DNA of 64,000 bases. Source: an uncultured Clostridia bacterium. Lineage in GTDB: Bacteria > Bacillota > Clostridia > Christensenellales > CAG-917. Within the stretch, counting starts at the first letter, position 1. Each line of letters starts with the position of its first letter. Location of the stretch: the NCBI GenBank assembly GCA_944372795.1, contig CALWAF010000001.1, forward strand, positions 64,390 to 128,389, in the 5' to 3' direction. The position numbers and the translations under genes were made by a program. Positions 63,660 through 64,000 of the stretch are shown here, piece after piece. The notes under the pieces were generated by a model that saw nothing but the letters and a program-made list of their open reading frames with translations, was not told the origin of the DNA and made no database searches.

Positions 63660-63734
63660 TGGAGGCACCATCCGGATTTGAACCGGAGAATGAAGGTTTT
63701 GCAGACCTTTGCCTTACCTCTTGGCTATGGTGCC
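63660..63734 (-). tRNA. tRNA-Cys (anticodon GCA), CCA encoded
   Basis: Manual cloverleaf. Acceptor GGCACCA/TGGTGCC with discriminator U. Anticodon stem AAGGT/ACCTT, loop CTGCAAA. T-arm TCCGG-TTCAAAT-CCGGA. Confidence 0.9.
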
Positions 63735-63820
63735 ATGGGCTGCGCCTCTCGCGTGCCATATCAATATATCAAAAGGCGAGAGTTTTGGCAACCGATTTTG
63801 AAAATTTAGCGCGTACGGGC

Positions 63821-64000
63821 TCATTTTTTGCGCGTACGCAGCTTTTCGGCGAATTCGACGAGGGCTTCCCCGTAAGGCAGACGGGCGGCGTATCCGAGGG
63901 CGGATGATGTGCATTCGTCAAGCAGAGCGCGTCCTCTCTCCTCCCCGATGACGGCGACGAGGGAATTTTCCTCTCCCTCGTCAAGCAGGTCGTCGGCGAT
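63821..64000 (-). CDS. C-terminal 59 codons of an unidentified protein (gene starts beyond window end)
   Basis: Open minus-strand frame ending at the TGA at 63823..63821: IADDLLDEGEENSLVAVIGEERGRALLDECTSSALGYAARLPYGEALVEFAEKLRTRKK. The IADDLLD motif is reminiscent of the second Asp-rich motif of polyprenyl synthases, but the tail is shorter than expected, so function is left open. Confidence 0.4.
   Translation of the reverse strand: MADDLLDEGEENSLVAVIGEERGRALLDECTSSALGYAARLPYGEALVEFAEKLRTRKK

Overview
This window looks like a high-G+C chromosome segment (roughly 60-65% by eye, not computed) from an anaerobic, endospore-forming Firmicute. The Clostridia-like call rests on a complete spoIIIAA-AH operon and a HydABC-type [FeFe]-hydrogenase cluster. 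No rRNA, CRISPR array or intact prophage was seen.

Gene order, left to right:
- The end of a minus-strand pur operon: purE, purM, purN and a truncated IMP cyclohydrolase.
- A leaderless XRE regulator and three hydrolases.
- Two tandem, diverged copies of a two-gene module (discoidin-GH18 lipoprotein plus an unknown lipoprotein), followed by a lone tyrosine integrase remnant.
- The spoIIIA operon.
- An 855-bp ORF-free, highly structured gap.
- A 10-gene hydrogenase cluster (hydC ... hydB, hydA) with an embedded HydS-like sensor, two HATPase proteins, two DRTGG proteins and a PHP phosphoesterase.
- nadE, gldA and a fused dihydroxyacetone kinase.
- tRNA-Leu(GAG).
- A ~21-kb, visibly lower-G+C carbohydrate-utilisation island: LacI regulator, GH13, a 16-kb minus-strand operon (surface lipoproteins, SGNH esterases, an Opp-type ABC importer, a tandem beta-helix protein) and GH32.
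- tRNA-Ala(GGC).
- An aminotransferase and a LOG-like protein.
- A co-directional cluster of WYL regulator, ADH, Dabb, VOC and OYE reductase.
- tRNA-Leu(UAA) and tRNA-Cys(GCA).

Many long ORFs in the supplied track are antisense shadow frames typical of high-G+C DNA and were rejected.

Best leads for something undescribed:
1. The structured noncoding gap at 20354-21208, which carries an internally duplicated ~50-nt module and its own terminator directly in front of spoIIIAA.
2. A 281-bp segment bounded by perfect 25-bp inverted repeats upstream of the hydrogenase operon. It may be an inverton or a MITE.
3. An unassigned ~160-aa domain present four times in the island's surface lipoproteins, next to a degenerate SGNH domain.
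4. An atypical TSCSP H-cluster motif in HydA.
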